From: Octopus vulgaris
Taxonomy: Eukaryota
Direction of reading: 5' to 3'
Assembly: GCA_951406725.2 (NCBI GenBank)
Contig: OX597820.1
Span: forward strand, 102,982,001 to 103,046,000
Length of the DNA: 64,000 nt
Under the pieces are notes generated by a model, which ran no database searches, was not told the origin of the DNA, and worked only from the letters and a program-made list of their open reading frames with translations. Below are positions 29,019 to 43,700 of the stretch, piece by piece (positions within the stretch are counted from its first letter, which is position 1; the number at the start of each line of letters is the position of its first letter). The translations under genes and the position numbers were made by a program.

Positions 29019-29380
29019 GTAAACACTCCGTCGGTTACAACGATGAGGGTTCCGGTTGATCCGAATCAACGGAACAGCCTGCTCGTGAAATTAACGTGTA
29101 AGTGGCTGAGCACTCCACGGACACGTGTACCCTTAACGTATTCAGCGTGACACAGAGAGTGACAAGGCCGGCCCTTTGAAATACAGGTACAATAGAAACA
29201 GGAAGTAAGAGTGAGAGAAAGTTGTGGTGAAAGAGTACAGCAGAGATCACCACCATCCCCTGCCGGGAGCTTTAGGTGTTTTCGCTCAATAAACACTCAC
29301 AACGCTCGGTCTGAGAATCGAAACCGCGATCCTATGACCGTGAGTCCGCTGCCCTAACCACTGGGCCATTGCGCCTCCAC
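29019..29380 (-). mobile_element. SINE family C, inverted copy with a different tail
   Basis: head is the reverse complement of 28672-28855; possible TSD tatatataataa at 29007-29018 and 29382-29393. Confidence 0.85.
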
Positions 29381-30939
29381 CTATATATAATAAAGAAAAT
29401 GTAGGATAAGTAAACGAGATCCGAAGAAATATTTAATGTTTCAATCACACAACTTCTCTACATTATTTGCTATTCGGATGAAGAGTTCTGATGGAAATGT
29501 AACATAATTCTTCCATTAGGAGTCTAAAATACATTATTTCCTCTTTTCTATTGAATTGACTTCTAATGAAAAAGATCTCGAATGTACCCGGGGAATTTGA
29601 TAGATTTCATTATGATATTATGTAAACATTGCTAAAATAATGAAATGCTGAATTTGTTCTGTATCTCACAGCAGTGATTTTTCTGTACGTCATTGTTTTA
29701 ATGCAAATTCAAACCAAGGACCATTAAATAACTGTTTTAGAGACTATAACCGAAGAGTCAAACTGTTATATATAATTTATCAATGCGATTTTTTATATTT
29801 CAATTCAAATTTCTCACACTAATATTTAGATAGCAAAACTCATTGCTTGCTTCTGCTATTACTTCAGCGATATGCCTGCTATAACTAAGTATAGAAATCT
29901 TTCTAGGTTTTTGACAAATTCAAAAATGAACGTTTTTGTATATTTCTCCAATGATACGCCATCTGACGTTTGCACCAGACACGTTGCGATCGATAACAGG
30001 ATAATATAAATGCTATATAGTGATTATCATAGTATTACTACCACATAGTATATTAATGGATATTTGCTTTGCGTGGAAATCTGAGAGAAATATTTCAATA
30101 GCATGATTTAAAATTCCTTCAATTACATAAGCGAAATATTAAAAAATCTACGAATATAATATGAAATAAATAAACTGTGAGAGTAAAGTAAGCTTTCTAA
30201 ATAGTTAGAAATAGTTAAGTATCTATGATAAATGATGTTTGTTTTTCTCTTTGTTTGTCTTTACATTCTAATAATCTTTTTATGAGAAAGTATGGAAGAT
30301 ATTCAGGGAGAACAAGAAAATAGTAACAGTAATGTAACATTATGTATAATGTAACATCATGTAAAATGTAACGTTATGTAAAATGTAACATGTTACATTA
30401 GAAATTGATGTCAATTCGGACGCAGCTAAGAGGAGTGTAGAAGAAATGCAAAACAGTCTCAAACTAAAGATACACTGGTTTTGATTAGTAGACTTATGAT
30501 TTAGATATGTACCTTATTGAGCGGCAAGACCATAAATGAAGAGTTTTTCAAACAGTGTGACTGTAGGGGAGACTATCTCACTACAAACTATAATTCAAGT
30601 AAGGATATCTCGCTGATACAAAACATTGTAATTTATAATATTGTTGCTGGATTGTTTCTTTACCAATTTACGAATAGATTAACTTGTGCAGTGTTAGTTA
30701 AATATCTTTGACGATGGTGACGATTCATGGATATTTATATTAAAATAGAATTGTGTCTCACCCCATCTTCTTTTGTAGTTATTTTCATTTATGACATTCG
30801 CTCCTTTTCATCCTAGAAATTTCCTTCCGTTAATTTTCCCAATTTCTTTCCGACTTTCTATATTTGCTTTTATGCATGAGATGAGCTGTTGTTTATAGCG
30901 ACTTTTGAATCTACTTAGATTATTCCAAACTATTTAGAT

Positions 30940-31480
30940 TCTTTTCTACAATAGGCACAATATCCGAAATTTGTGGGGAGGGAGCTTGTCGATTAGATCG
31001 ACCCCAGTACGCAACTGATGCTTAATTTATCGACCCCGAAAGGATGAAAGGCAAAGTCCACCTCAAGAGAATTTGAACTGAGAACGTAAAAACAGACGAA
31101 ATACCCGTTTCTTTACTACCTACAAGGGGCCAAACACAGAGGGGACAAACAAGGACAGACAAACGGATTAAGTCGATTACATCGACCCCAGTGCGTAACT
31201 GGTACTTAATTTATCGATCCCGAAAGGATGAAAGGCAAAGTCGACCTCAGCGGAATTTGAACTCAGAACGTAACAGCAAACGAAATACCGCTAAGTATTT
31301 CGCCCGGTGTGCTAACGTATCTGCCAGCTCACCGCCTTTAAAATATTCTTTCCTACTCTAGGCAAACGGTCCGAAATTTTGGGGAGGGGTCCAGTCAATT
31401 AGATCGACCCCAGTACGTAATTGGTACTTAATTTTTCGACTCCGAAAGGATGAAATGCAAAGTCAACATCGGCGGATTTC
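30940..31480 (-). mobile_element. tandem cluster of SINE family A units
   Basis: three cores of the cgaaaggatgaaa(g/t)gcaaagtc type. Confidence 0.85.
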
Positions 31481-33109
31481 AAACTATTTTGATTGTAACC
31501 TTACTTAGATTTATGATGTTAACAGAAGATATGTCCAATCTCTCTACTGACAAATTTTCTGCATTATTTCACCATATCTTGTATTGTTATGCAAAATATT
31601 TAAATTGAGAGCAGGCCACAATAAGTCTACTAAATAACAAAACCTACAGAATTGCTGAAGTCACTATTTACAACCTCATTATTATACACGTATAACATAA
31701 ATCCCAACTCTCTTCAAATTTATTAGTGGAATATATCGAGAATTTTAGTACCGGCTGCCGAACCATTTCCCCGTTGTTCACAGACTTTAGCTCAACCAGT
31801 TGCGATTTTTAATGATAGCTAGGTAGAGTGGCTTCCTAATTGTCAAAGTTATTGATACTGCACAACGGTAGTAACAGGAAACTAGCATCGAAACGTCGCT
31901 TCTATCATTTGAAGCTCTCTACTTTGAACTTCTAATTTTCTTTGTTTACAGCTCAGAGCCACAAAAGAGCCTCAGACATTATACGACGATATCTCTCACT
32001 GCTGTTCTTACTTGTCCTAAATTAATTATAACATTCAAGATGCTATCAAAAGATTCCCACATGCTTTCTGCATTACTGGATAGAGTAAGGTTGAGTAAGT
32101 TTTTTGTTAATACTTGAAGTGATATTTGTGTAGAAGATACTCCTTTACATTGAAAGCAAACACTAGTATAGTGAATAATGTATCCGATGCGCATTTGCTG
32201 TTCACGAAGACTAGGAGAAAGCAGAGAAGTATTTTGTTCTTTCGTTGAATTGTTTAATTAACTCTCCTTGAGCATAGATACATCCAGAAATCACAAAATG
32301 AAAACCTAGAAGTATTTCACATACAAAACCACCCAGGACTTGCGATCGTAGCATTTCCTAAACGTTCTTATCGTTGTCGAGTCATCTTCATCGTGGAACC
32401 TACTGTCGTAAACTTTCAGATTGGAAGTTCTGAATTTATATAGAAGTGAGTTGGATGGACAAAAGCAGCAGAATGATGACCGAAATGCCTTGACTCGGAT
32501 GTCGACTTATTTATGTACCCTGCAGGATCGATAAAATACGTACTAAGTTAAGTAGTAAGAGTGAAATTAATCGGCTATACACGCTCGCTAGATTTCATGT
32601 CTTTTGTCTGTGAACCAGTTTTAATAGAGTTGGCTGCTACATCGGTTAAGCTTGAAATGTAGGCCGTAACTTAGCCAGCTCATGAAAATACGATATTAGG
32701 AGACGTGTATGAAACTCTTAATCCATTATTTTGTTATCAGTTATCTACTATATACAATAAATTGGTCATCTCAATGCACTGCTATGGAATATGGCATACC
32801 CTGTTTTGAGAAATGCAACGGTTTGTAAAATGCATTTGATTGTGCAAAGAATTGGTCTTTACTACGCTTCGGTTTGCAATACGCTTGTCTATCTTATGAA
32901 TGAAGCTGGATAAGGAACTAGCTTACGCAATGCATTGAACACCTACTAGCTACGCTGTGTATAATATCAGAGAAGTACCGAACTAACTGGGAGTACCGAA
33001 CTAGCTGAAAGTACCGAACTAACAGGAACTCAAATAGCGATCTAATGTGTTAGGAAACCAAGGACATATTTAGCCGTACAAGTGTTTTAGAAATGTGTAA
33101 TATCTAGAG

Positions 33110-33310
33110 CAGTGGTTTTCAACCAGGGTTCCGCCGGCACAGTCCAGGGGTTCCGCAAGAAGTTACAAAACTGCTAAAATCGGCAGTAATTTTTAATTCT
33201 CCTGTGCAGATATGTGTGCATAAGACTATTAAATTATTGCACAGGGGTTCCTCGAGCCAGTGGAATGTTTCATTGGGGTTCAGCCCCAGCAAAAAGTTTG
33301 AAAAGCACTG
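33110..33310. mobile_element. hAT (Charlie-type) MITE, 201 bp
   Basis: TIRs cagtggttttcaa / ttgaaaagcactg; perfect 8-bp TSD ATCTAGAG at 33102-33109 and 33311-33318. Confidence 0.92.
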
Positions 33311-33971
33311 ATCTAGAGAGATAATTTGGTAGAAAAGCAATAGTTCCGGATTAAATATATCGACATTCTTAAAGTATCATATTGCTAATATATATATATA
33401 TTCATCTTTACTTTGAATCAAAGAAATGTCGATTCTTTCTTTCAGCCATCGAAGATCAATAAAATATGTACAAATATTATATTGAGATTGGTTATATCTG
33501 CTATATTCCTTTTTCTATAAAATTTGACATTCTACATAACCCCCCACCCCACCCCGCCAAAAAAAATTAAAACAAACAAGCAATTAAGATTCTTACTTAT
33601 TCAACTAAAATTATCCAGATCATTGATAAAAACTTTACTTGCAGTATTTCATCACGCACACAAACGAAGTCATTATATTGAGAAAAGACGAACAAAGATC
33701 AATAATATTCTTACACAAGAAACTTAAATAAGTAAGTAATGACATATCATACTTTAGTTCTCTTACAAAAATTTAATCTTCATATGCATAAAATATAATT
33801 CTTAAAATCTCAAAACTCTTCCATTAAAAATGCGTAATACATGCAATGAATGTATGCGTTACGTGATGCCGGATCATCGGGTGCAAAAGAAAAAGATTCC
33901 TAGCATTCATGTCATTGCATGTCTTATCGCAGGAAAACAAAAGATAATTTTCTCGTGTTATATGGTTAGAA

Positions 33972-34207
33972 GGCGGCGAGCTGGCAGAAACGTTAGCACG
34001 CCGGGCGAAATGCGTAGCCGTATTTCGTCTGCTGTTACGTTCTGAGTTCAAATTCCGCCGAGGTCGACTTTGCCTGTCATCCTTTCGGGGTCGATAAATT
34101 AAGTACCAGTTACGCACTGGGGTCTATGTAATCGACTTAATCCGTTTGTCTGTTCTTGTTTTGTTTGTCCCCTCTGTGTTTGGCTCCTTGTGGGTAGGAA
34201 AGAAATA
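33972..34207 (+). mobile_element. full-length SINE family A with TSD
   Basis: TSD tatatg(g/c)ttagaa at 33959-33971 and 34208-34220. Confidence 0.9.
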
Positions 34208-34747
34208 TATATGCTTAGAACTATTTTAATAATGTCGCTGGTCTAGTACTTCGGCAAGAAATCTTTATTTCTGACGTTGTTTGTGAAAGCCATATTTTTT
34301 AATAAACTAATTAACATCCATTTATCACTACTGATGTTATTTAGAAAGATACAGGTATGAAACGATTTTTTTTGCTTCTGATAGGTTTGAAGATTTTTGA
34401 CAATTGATAATAAATGATAATGTGCTATTTATTTATTCTTAGTATCTTGAATTAAGATTAAATAATACTGGCAAGTGTTCAGAAACAGAAGAACGCCAAA
34501 CTAAACGCCTACGCTCTGAGTTCAACTGAGAGGCATTCTTTATTCAAGAATAATGCGCCGGAAGAAAGAATTGAGTTCTAAACATCAGGTACGAAAACAT
34601 TAACTTTCCTTCCTCCATTCCCCGTGTTCAAATCTCCCAAAGATGATATCGTCTTTCATCGTTGTAATGGCTATAAAATACGGGCAACAAGTGTGATTTA
34701 GTAGAGAGTTAGCAATTATCACTGTCTTGTTTAGCAACCCTCTACAA

Positions 34748-34893
34748 CAGACATGTGCAACCCATGGCTCGCGGGGCTTTCTAAATGGCAAACCTAACGA
34801 AAAATTTCCAAGTAGTTTATTAGGAGTGTGACCGGCCCGATGACGTGTCATGTTTCATGCGGCCAGCTTCTTGAAAAAAGTTATCCACACCGG
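34748..34893. mobile_element. possible decayed hAT MITE
   Basis: ends cagacatgtgcaacc / gttatccacaccgg resemble hAT TIRs; TSD imperfect. Confidence 0.3.
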
Positions 34894-35317
34894 CTCTGAA
34901 GGCTCCATTACTGATTTGGATAAATGCTATTCCATTGGTTCTTTTGCTAAGCTGTTTAGTTTTTCTCTTTCTGTACTTTCCGAATCCTTCCATCTGGCAC
35001 CTCATGGGCGTAAGAACATTATCAGACAGCTAATCGGATTGTTGTTCGTTATTTCAAACAGTAAAAGCAATTAAATACATTGGTAATCTTCTGCATATTC
35101 TCTTTTAAATTTTATCAGAATTAAATTTGAATACATTAAAGAGATAATATTTTTGTTGCTCAGTTTTTCTGTCTTATAATCTGCGAGTCAAAGTCTATTT
35201 TCTTTGGAAAGTATTTTCCCAGTAGTCTTTGGCTGTCATCCATGCTTTTAAAAAGGAAAACATGAATTTTTTTAAATACCTTTGTTTTCATGTGATAAAT
35301 TCCTTGCGATCCAGTAT

Positions 35318-35697
35318 ACTCTTTACTCTTTCACTTGTTTCAGTCATTAGACTGCGGCCATGCTGGAACACCACCTTTAGTCGAGCAAATCGGATCCGGG
35401 ACTTATTCTTTGTAAGCCCAGTACTTATTCTATCGGTCTCTTTTGCCGAACCGCTAAGTAACGGGGGACGTAAACACACCAGCATCGGTTGTCAAGCAAT
35501 GCTAGGGGGACAAACACAGACACACAAACACACACATACATATATATATATACATATATACGACGGGCTTCTTTCAGTTTCCGTCTACCAAATCCACTCA
35601 CAAGGCATTGGTCGGCCCGGGGCTATAGCAGAAGACACTTGCCCAAGATACCACGCAGTGGGACTGAACCCGGAACCCGGAACCACTCCTGCGCCTA
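35318..35697 (-). mobile_element. SINE family B (CORE-like)
   Basis: gaagacacttgcccaag...gggactgaacccggaacc; near-complete copy. Confidence 0.85.
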
Positions 35698-35869
35698 TAT
35701 TCCACTTCTTAAAAAAATATCGCAAATATTAAACATTAAAACTAAGATGTGTATTGTCGTTTTTCTTCTCAGAATGCTCGGTCTTCTTTATTCTGATAGA
35801 TTCTGTGAGAGGAGACAGCAGCCTGTTGTTAGAGGTTGCAAAGGGTCTCTTTCTGCACATTATAAGTTT

Positions 35870-36490
35870 TGATACTTTGCTTGATAACTATCGTGAAAGA
35901 CATTCAACATCCAAGTACCAATCTCAGAACCCTAGCTGTTTCCAGCAGAACAGTTTCGGGGGCTTACTCTGCTCTCATATCAATTCCGATTTCTCCGACG
36001 TATCTCTCGAACTTGGTTATTAGTGCTCCGAGTGCCCCTACAACTACTGGAATGACCGACACTCTCCTCATGATCCACATTCTAGCATTTTTGTCTATTA
36101 GTAGTATGTAATTTTCAATCTTTTCTAGTTCTTTGCAACTTATGCGTGCATCCCCATGTATTGCAATACCTATAATCTTAGTTTCCTTTTATCCTTTATC
36201 TACCACAACAATATCTGGTCTCCGAGTCTCGATTAGGGAGTCACACTGGATTGTAAAATCTTTCAGTATCTTGTTCTCGATGACTTCTTTTGGTTCATGT
36301 TTCCGTACTCTGTTCAGGCCGTTCCTTTCACAAAGCTTCTAGTGGACTAACTTAACCACGTTATCGTGCCTTCTGTTATAGTGCTTTTGGTCCAGCTTGC
36401 TACACTCTCTCACAATATATAACAGTGTTTCGTTTCAGCTGCCACACATCCTACTTTTATTTATTTGGAACTTGATGGAATTAGTCCTCA
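35870..36490 (-). mobile_element. Dong/R4-like LINE 3' fragment
   Basis: RHDNV, DFTIQCD..RPDIVV, VIPVVVGALG and TVLLETARVLRLVL on the minus strand. Confidence 0.8.
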
Positions 36491-36580
36491 GACCTTTTTA
36501 CTATTATTATTATTATAATTATTTATTATTGTTGTTGTTGTTGTTGCTGCTGTTGTTATTATTATTATTATCATCATCAA

Positions 36581-36649
<69 letters not shown>

Positions 36650-36719
36650 TAGAAAGGCGACTGGCAGAATCGTTAGTATGCCGGCTAATATGCTTAGCTG
36701 CATTGTTACGCAAGTACAT

Positions 36720-37630
36720 GCTCATTTAGTTAGTAGGTATTTCATCCTGATATTTGGTGACAAGTCTCCTCAAATCTCAAGAATCTTCCTTAGGATTCAT
36801 GCAGAATTTAGGATGGTACCTTTCTGCAGGTCGAGAATGCGAGTTTCAATTCTAATCTCTTTCAGTCTTTTGGTAGCAGCTTGGGTGCTGTGCCAAGTGC
36901 ACCCAAAATGCTAGCCAAATTACTTGAGGAGTAATTGATATCTTCGTCTTCCACAGGCTCCTCAGCTTCCTGGCTAGATCCTGATATTTCTCAATTTTAC
37001 CAATTTCTTTGGTATCGACTTTGCTATATATGATCTTACACTCCCCTAGCATCCTAATGCACTCTTTTGCCCAGACAGATTTGCCTGCACTTATACTATT
37101 TTTTGCGAGTATACTTCACTCACTCAGAAGGTGATTGGTACTTTCGTCACCTTCTCTGCAGATTCTACATTGGCTGTCTGACTGAATTTTGTCGATCTTT
37201 GTCTTTATCAGATTTGTTCTAAGGGTTTTTTCCTGAGCAGTCATAATTAGCGTTTCTGTCTCTCGTTTCAAGTTCCCGTCCATCAGCCAGAGCCAACGAT
37301 CTTCATTTCCAACATTCTCGGTTTGCTGCATGAATTGCTATATAGTTTGGTTTATTTCCATTTATTTATTCAGTTGTTCTTCCTTTTCTCTTGGAATTCT
37401 CTTGATGTTTTAGTCACTTTTTGGGTATCTCTGGCTGCCAATAATATTCTTTTTTTATTCTGCACAGCATAATTTTTCATGCCCAGTATCGTAATATTAA
37501 CAATGTCTTCTGCATTTAGTAATCCTCCTTTTTGGTTTTAGAGTCGGTGAGTATTGCTTTTAGGGTGGAGTGCGTTGTGCACTGTGAGCGGCTTTCTAAT
37601 TATCCCACCTAGGTTAACTTTGCTTTACCT
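36720..37630 (-). mobile_element. Dong/R4-like LINE fragment
   Basis: WLWLMDGNLKRETETLIMTAQE..CRICREGDESTNHLLSE; KIEKYQDLARKLRSLWK. Confidence 0.85.
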
Positions 37631-40204
37631 CCCTCGCACATCGATAAAGTTAAGTGCCGGCCAAGTACCAGAGTTGATGGTGTCGACTAACCCTATCCTC
37701 AAACCTTGTGCCTAAATCAGGAGCAATTTTAAGGCTGTGAGCTAGCAAAATCTTAATAACGTCGGTCAAAATGCTTGGCAACATTTCTTCTATCTCTGTG
37801 CATTGAGGAATATCCATACACAGGTATATGTGTAGATCTCGGCTTTTCTGTTCATATTTCATGCTTCTAACATAATTTCCAGTGTATGAAGACCCAATTC
37901 TCTCACACCCGGAGACATAGTCTTTCTCAACTAAAATTGCGCAGCAAACGACAGTGTCTTTAACTGCTACTTAGGAAACATTATTATTCTGCGTCATTGT
38001 TGCTCTTAGAATCTGAAGAGAGCGCGTTGATTTTGCGCAATAATCATTGATTCTTCAGTTTCAGTTCTGAGTGATTTTGCTATTTTTCTTATTTTCATCC
38101 TATTCCGTGTCAGTTTTTTCTTCCATTATTGACCATCTAGAATCTTGCCATTACTTTTACATACTATTCTTTAACCTTTATTTCACCTTCGTTTTTAAAT
38201 ATGTTTCGAAATTCTGTTGTTTTATTTCACCAAACAACCTTCAATTCAGCCTCTGCTTTACAATTTTCAGCTTCTCTGGACAGAGGAATCAGATTTATCT
38301 TATTCTGAGTATTTGTAATTATATTAGTTTTCATGTTCTTTAATAGATATTTTTATAGACCTACTGTGGGTATTATACAATAGATTCCTAGTTGTATAAG
38401 CCCCTATATACCTCTGGTAAATAAAATAATTTTATATCAGATTTTGTTTGGTGTATTCTAAATACAGCCACTATTTATTGTTTCTCTGTGTAATCTTGAT
38501 AGTTGACTCAACGCCCCGTTTAGAATATAGGTGCGACTTAAAACTTTATTCTTTATTCTTTCGCATTTAGCTTATAATATTTCTTGCTTAGCTTTACTTT
38601 GAATTCTCTGTGTGCGCGCGATGAAGTGTGTGTGTGTATGTGTGTGTGTTTCGTTATTTGCTGCATTGATTCTTAAGCAAAGTTTACTTTGGTGCATTTG
38701 TTTTTCTTATCTGATTCAGCTGTCGACTCCTCAAGTAAATCCATATGTCTCTAGTGTACACTGTGGATGATAAACAACTAGAAATTCATCTACATACAAA
38801 AAATGGTTGATTGTCCTACAATAACATTTGTTTCTGAGTTCTGCCTGATTTAATATGTGTTATCGCTGACAGAAAAGCAATAGAGAGAAGGAGTTCCTTG
38901 GAATAATCTTCAACTAGAGATAGATTGTCTACAGAATTGTTTGCTATTTACGTGTGACAAATGTAATGTGCTTTTGTATTATTGGTGCTACATTTCTCAA
39001 GGCTAAAGCGCGGGGAACAGTGTCAAACGACAGTCAATTTCTACCATCTATACCATACACAAACCCTTCTTTCTCCTATAGTCTTTGGTGTGGCTCTGTA
39101 GTAGCACGTTTGCTTATCTGAAGAAAATATTTGTTTTCTCGATGTATATTTATCCTCTTCAATATTATTGCAATTATGAATTTACAGGATATAGGAAGAT
39201 ATTCCCAGATGTTTCAAATATGAGAAAGTAACAAATTACCATTGTAACCGTAGTTGCATATATAGTATTTCGTTTGCCCTGGTGTTAATTATGTCTGTGT
39301 CTGCTTTATTATATTTACGTTTGGCCATCTTTGCATCTTCCTCTTTTTCCTTTTCTTTCTATTTTTTTTTTTATTATTGTGAGTCGATAAGGAGATCATT
39401 TGTTATTAATCATGAAATTGTTTCTATCTTTAGACTTTCCTATTTGTGATTTTCGCCTTTTGAATTTCCTATCTAAAATGCCATTCATGTTACATAATGT
39501 AAGATGTAACTTAGAAATTTTGTTGTTTATTTTACATTCTTTCTTTTCGTTGTTTTATTTCGATTTTTAGTTCCTTTTGCTTTTGAGAATATACCTATTT
39601 GTGTTAGCTAATCATTTGGGGTTCAATGTTACATCTATTTCCAGTCCATATTCCATCAAAATTTATAGGAGTATATTATCGTAGTTTCGTTTTATTTCTG
39701 ATGAGGAGGGGATGACTGACGCTATAAAATATGCATAAAGAGTAGAATCACATTTCTCTCATACCAGTTTATTTGCGAGTCTTGAAGAGTGAAGTCCAGT
39801 TCTTTATGTATATTCTCATTTTGGTCGTGTACCGGTTTAATTTGCTGCAGAGGATATTGAGTTTTCTGCACTTCGTGTTTCGTCTTTTTATACATCAGAT
39901 TTTAAGTGTGCCTTCACCTCATACTCTCCGGCTGAATGATGCAATTTTTACTTTCATGATGCAAATTTTACTTTAACATTTATTGTGGGGAGGTATAGAA
40001 ATTGTCGGGTACTTATATGAACCGCACCCATATTCAGTCTTTAAACGCGGTATTAGATTGTTGACTTATATGTATATTTGTAATACATTAATTATATGAG
40101 GAAATGATAAAGGAGTTTTATACCTACTGCAGTTATCCTCCTACACTTTCGTCATATATTTGATTTGATTCGTTACTTTTTAACTATCGCTTTTGGTTTA
40201 TTAG

Positions 40205-40497
40205 TGTGTGGCTTAGTGGTTAGGGTATTCTGCTTACGATCACGAGGTCGTGAGTTCAATTCTCGGCGACGCGTTGTGTCCTTGAGCACGATACTTTATT
40301 TCACGTTGTTCCAGTACACTCAGCTGACAACAATGATTAGTACCCGTATTTTAAAGGGTCAGCTGAATCTCCCTGAGAACTACATTAAGGGTACACGTGT
40401 CTGTGGAGTTCTCAGTCACATGCACGTTAATTTCACAAGTAGGCTGTTCTGTTTATTGGATCAACTGGAACTCTCATCGTCGTAACCGACGGAGGGC
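40205..40497 (+). mobile_element. SINE family D
   Basis: box A tggcttagtgg and box B gagttcaattc; tail shared with 29022-29140. Confidence 0.8.
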
Positions 40498-42399
40498 CAG
40501 TTTTTTTTTTTAGCATATTGATTTATTATTATTGTTAATAATAATAAATTGTTGTCGTTGTTGTTGCTGCTGTTAATGCTGTTGTCATCGTCGTCATCAT
40601 CGTTGTTACTTTCGCATCTCATTGCTCTGACAATAAATATTGTCGCATTTACCTGGCGAAAGTTAGAAATTCTATCTTAACTGTGTTCAAGGTAATCCCT
40701 GGAGAATGAAAGAGTAGCTCTTAGTACTTCCCTTAATTAAAGAATTACTGCTGTTTTCTGTTGCTGGTTGTAGAGAACAACGATGCATTTTGAAGAAAAA
40801 TATTTCAAGATGAAAAGAAGTGGTGAAAGACAGCCACGTTGGCAATGGCGCCGAATCAGTCATTTGTCTTGAAAGCTTTGCAAACCAAAACGAGAAAGTA
40901 GTTTTTGCTGGTTGGTTTTTGTTGGAGAGGCGTAACAACAATATGATTCCCAACAATAAAATCATTAGTAATAATAACAATACAGATACCAGTAATATAG
41001 TATGCCAAGTGGTAATGGTAGTAGCAACAATGGCAGAAAGTAATAAGACAAACAACAAGAATTTCTATTATGTTTAATCGTAACGACAATAGCTTGCCAG
41101 CTCTGTTAGTCACGAGGAAAAACGACACTGACAACAGCAACAACAACACCGAAAGTGAATAAAAGAGAAAAGATATTAACAACACTAAGCCATTCAGCAA
41201 CTATGATGGAAGCTATACAACGAGAGCATCGGTAAGTTTCCTATGTCTTAACACAATACCATCGGCACTACCAGCACCATCAGCACTACCAGCACTACAA
41301 CAGTCAGAAGTAGAATTGCATATAATAGCAACAATAACATAATGGCCTCTTTCACAAAAGTAGTAAGGAATAAAGGAAAATATGAAATACGGAGAGAAAG
41401 TTTGAGATAGATCAGAAGATTCGCACGAAGGAAAAGCAGAAAAGTTGCCTTGGTCGCGATACTGGAGATGACGCAAAACACACAAAGATGAAATGTAGTG
41501 GGAATTCACAAACGCAAAGGCATAAAGTGTCAGTGCATAAAAAGGCAGGTGTAGGCCAGAGCAGAAAAGTAACAGGAGGCAATCTGGAACAACCCATTTA
41601 GCTTACGCCAGTTGCTATGAAATGGTTGATGTAAAGAATCTCTTTGAAGATGAGATGTAGAACCGCTTCCTCTGCTTTGCTCAAGAGTAGACAGATTATT
41701 TCCAGTGATTGTAGAAGAGAGTGGACTTTATAGATGTCCCATTGAAAATGGATATCTGTTGGTTGTTTGTAACCCTCCTAACCAAAATCGAGCATCCTGT
41801 TGATTCACGAATTACACAAGGAGAAATTGTCGAGAATAACAGACCAAAAGCAACTCGAGGGCATTACCATCCTAATACAGTTACCAAATGACTCCTAGAT
41901 GTTTGCTATAGCGGAAGGTAGAATGACTAGGTTTAACATAAGTGATCCCATCGACTGTCTCAGAGACTTCTGTTCACAGCAAAAAGGAAACGTGAGAAAT
42001 TTCGCCACCTTACAGACCCTACAATTATATCATCAATGACAACAGCTACAACAACTGCCGTAATAAGAGAAGTAGCAAAATTAGCAGCAGCAACTACCGC
42101 AACGATAATCACAGCAAAGATACCGATAACAAAGATTTAGGCCTCTCCGACTACACCAAGATCTAGTCGTGCAAAGTGGTCGAAATTAGTCTGTAAAAAG
42201 GAGCTTTGTTGTCAAAAGAAGAGAATAGAAGCAAAAGCCTATCTAACGTTAAAGTAGGAATGTTCCACGGGACGAACGAAAAGCCGCCAACTAACCAACT
42301 ACTACCATTATGATCATACCACCAACACCAACAACAGCAGCTAAGCCCACAATAACCGCATTTGTATGGCTGTATGTATATGTGGGTACATGTTTGAGG

Positions 42400-43700
42400 A
42401 GTGAAAATAAGTCCGTATTCGTGTTGGAGAACGGAAATAGCATGAAACAATAGAGCCAATACTAGGGTGAATGTCCACAATTGTTCAGTATAGCAGTATA
42501 GCAGCCAGGCAAGCGTCGTTCAATCTTCCGATATATGAAAAATTTGTAGATGGCACATTTTAAGCAGTAAATAAGAATGACAGGGAGGCAATTGAAGGAA
42601 CCAGTTATATGGAAAGAGTGAGCGTTAGACCTGAGAGGAGTGTGATGTTGAGAGGAAAAGGCAGATTTGGTCTGAAACAACGAAGGGAAGGTTGGGTGTT
42701 AGACATATGAAAAAAGCTACGAACTAGAAGATCTTGAAGCTTACGGCTGTTATTAAAGGAAGAGAGAGTGATTTGTGGAAGATGTGAACAGTAAGGGGGT
42801 TGGATTCGGAGTATATGTAGGATAGTACTATGGGTTGATATATGAAAGGAGAAAGAAGGTGGTTTAAGTGGGACAGAAAAAGAGGAGATGGCGGTATTTC
42901 AATAGATTTAACGGGTGAGTGTGAAGGTATTTTAGACTAAAGTTGGAGTATCTGCATCAAGAAAATGATGGGCGTGTATTGATACTATGTCTCTAAACAA
43001 CCTAACCAATGATTGTGACTACAGAGATAGCAAAGGTAGAGCAATTGAGAGTTGGTGGAAAAGTTATGATTCGGGTGAGTTATGAAAAGATAAAGTCAAA
43101 TTAGATGTATGAGCAAGAGGTTTATAAAAGATAAGGTGCTGATAACAGATATACCGAGGAAGAAATAGGAGCGGTGAATTCTGAGGATAAAACTAGTCGA
43201 TGAAAGAAATGGTGTTGAGTTGTTCACGGGAGAGAAGGTGGTGTCGATGTAATGACCATATCGTTCGGTGGTGAGATCGTTGGTCAATGAGAACATACAG
43301 GCCTCAGCGTATCCAATGCACATTTTAGCATAGTTGGGAGGCCTTGTTGTAGTTTATATTCACTCCATAGATCTGCTGGTAAAAGTCTCCCGCAAACAAG
43401 TAACAATTAAGAACGTGGACAGCTTGGCGAATTGAAGTAGAGAGAAACTACTAGGTTGGAGGATAATAAAACGTCAAGAAAAGGTTGTGAAGCGAGAAGA
43501 CCATCATTGGGTTGGGTACTTAATATCTAAGAGGAATAAAAGTCGGAAGAGGCCGCAGAATGTAAAAGAATTGAGGGAGGGGGTATAGTTGGTGTCAAAC
43601 ATGTAGAATTGGAGAGAAGCTACAAGCGATGAAAGGATAAGATGGAGGAATTTTAATATTAGTTCTATGGAGCAATTACTGGCTGAGACGATGGAGTGAT
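42400..43700 (-). mobile_element. ancient CR1/L2/Jockey-type LINE RT relic
   Basis: pyrimidine-rich minus strand with degraded motifs (NDLTTERYG, FLGIS, IYKFFIYRKIE). Confidence 0.4.

Noticed and set aside
31950-32220. Exon-like open frames on both strands
   Set aside because: No homology recognisable by eye; splice signals equally plausible on either strand
32973-33026. Three 18-bp repeats (AGTACCGAACTA...), and similar 19-bp repeats at 50823-50885
   Set aside because: Simple tandem duplications without unique spacers; not CRISPR-like
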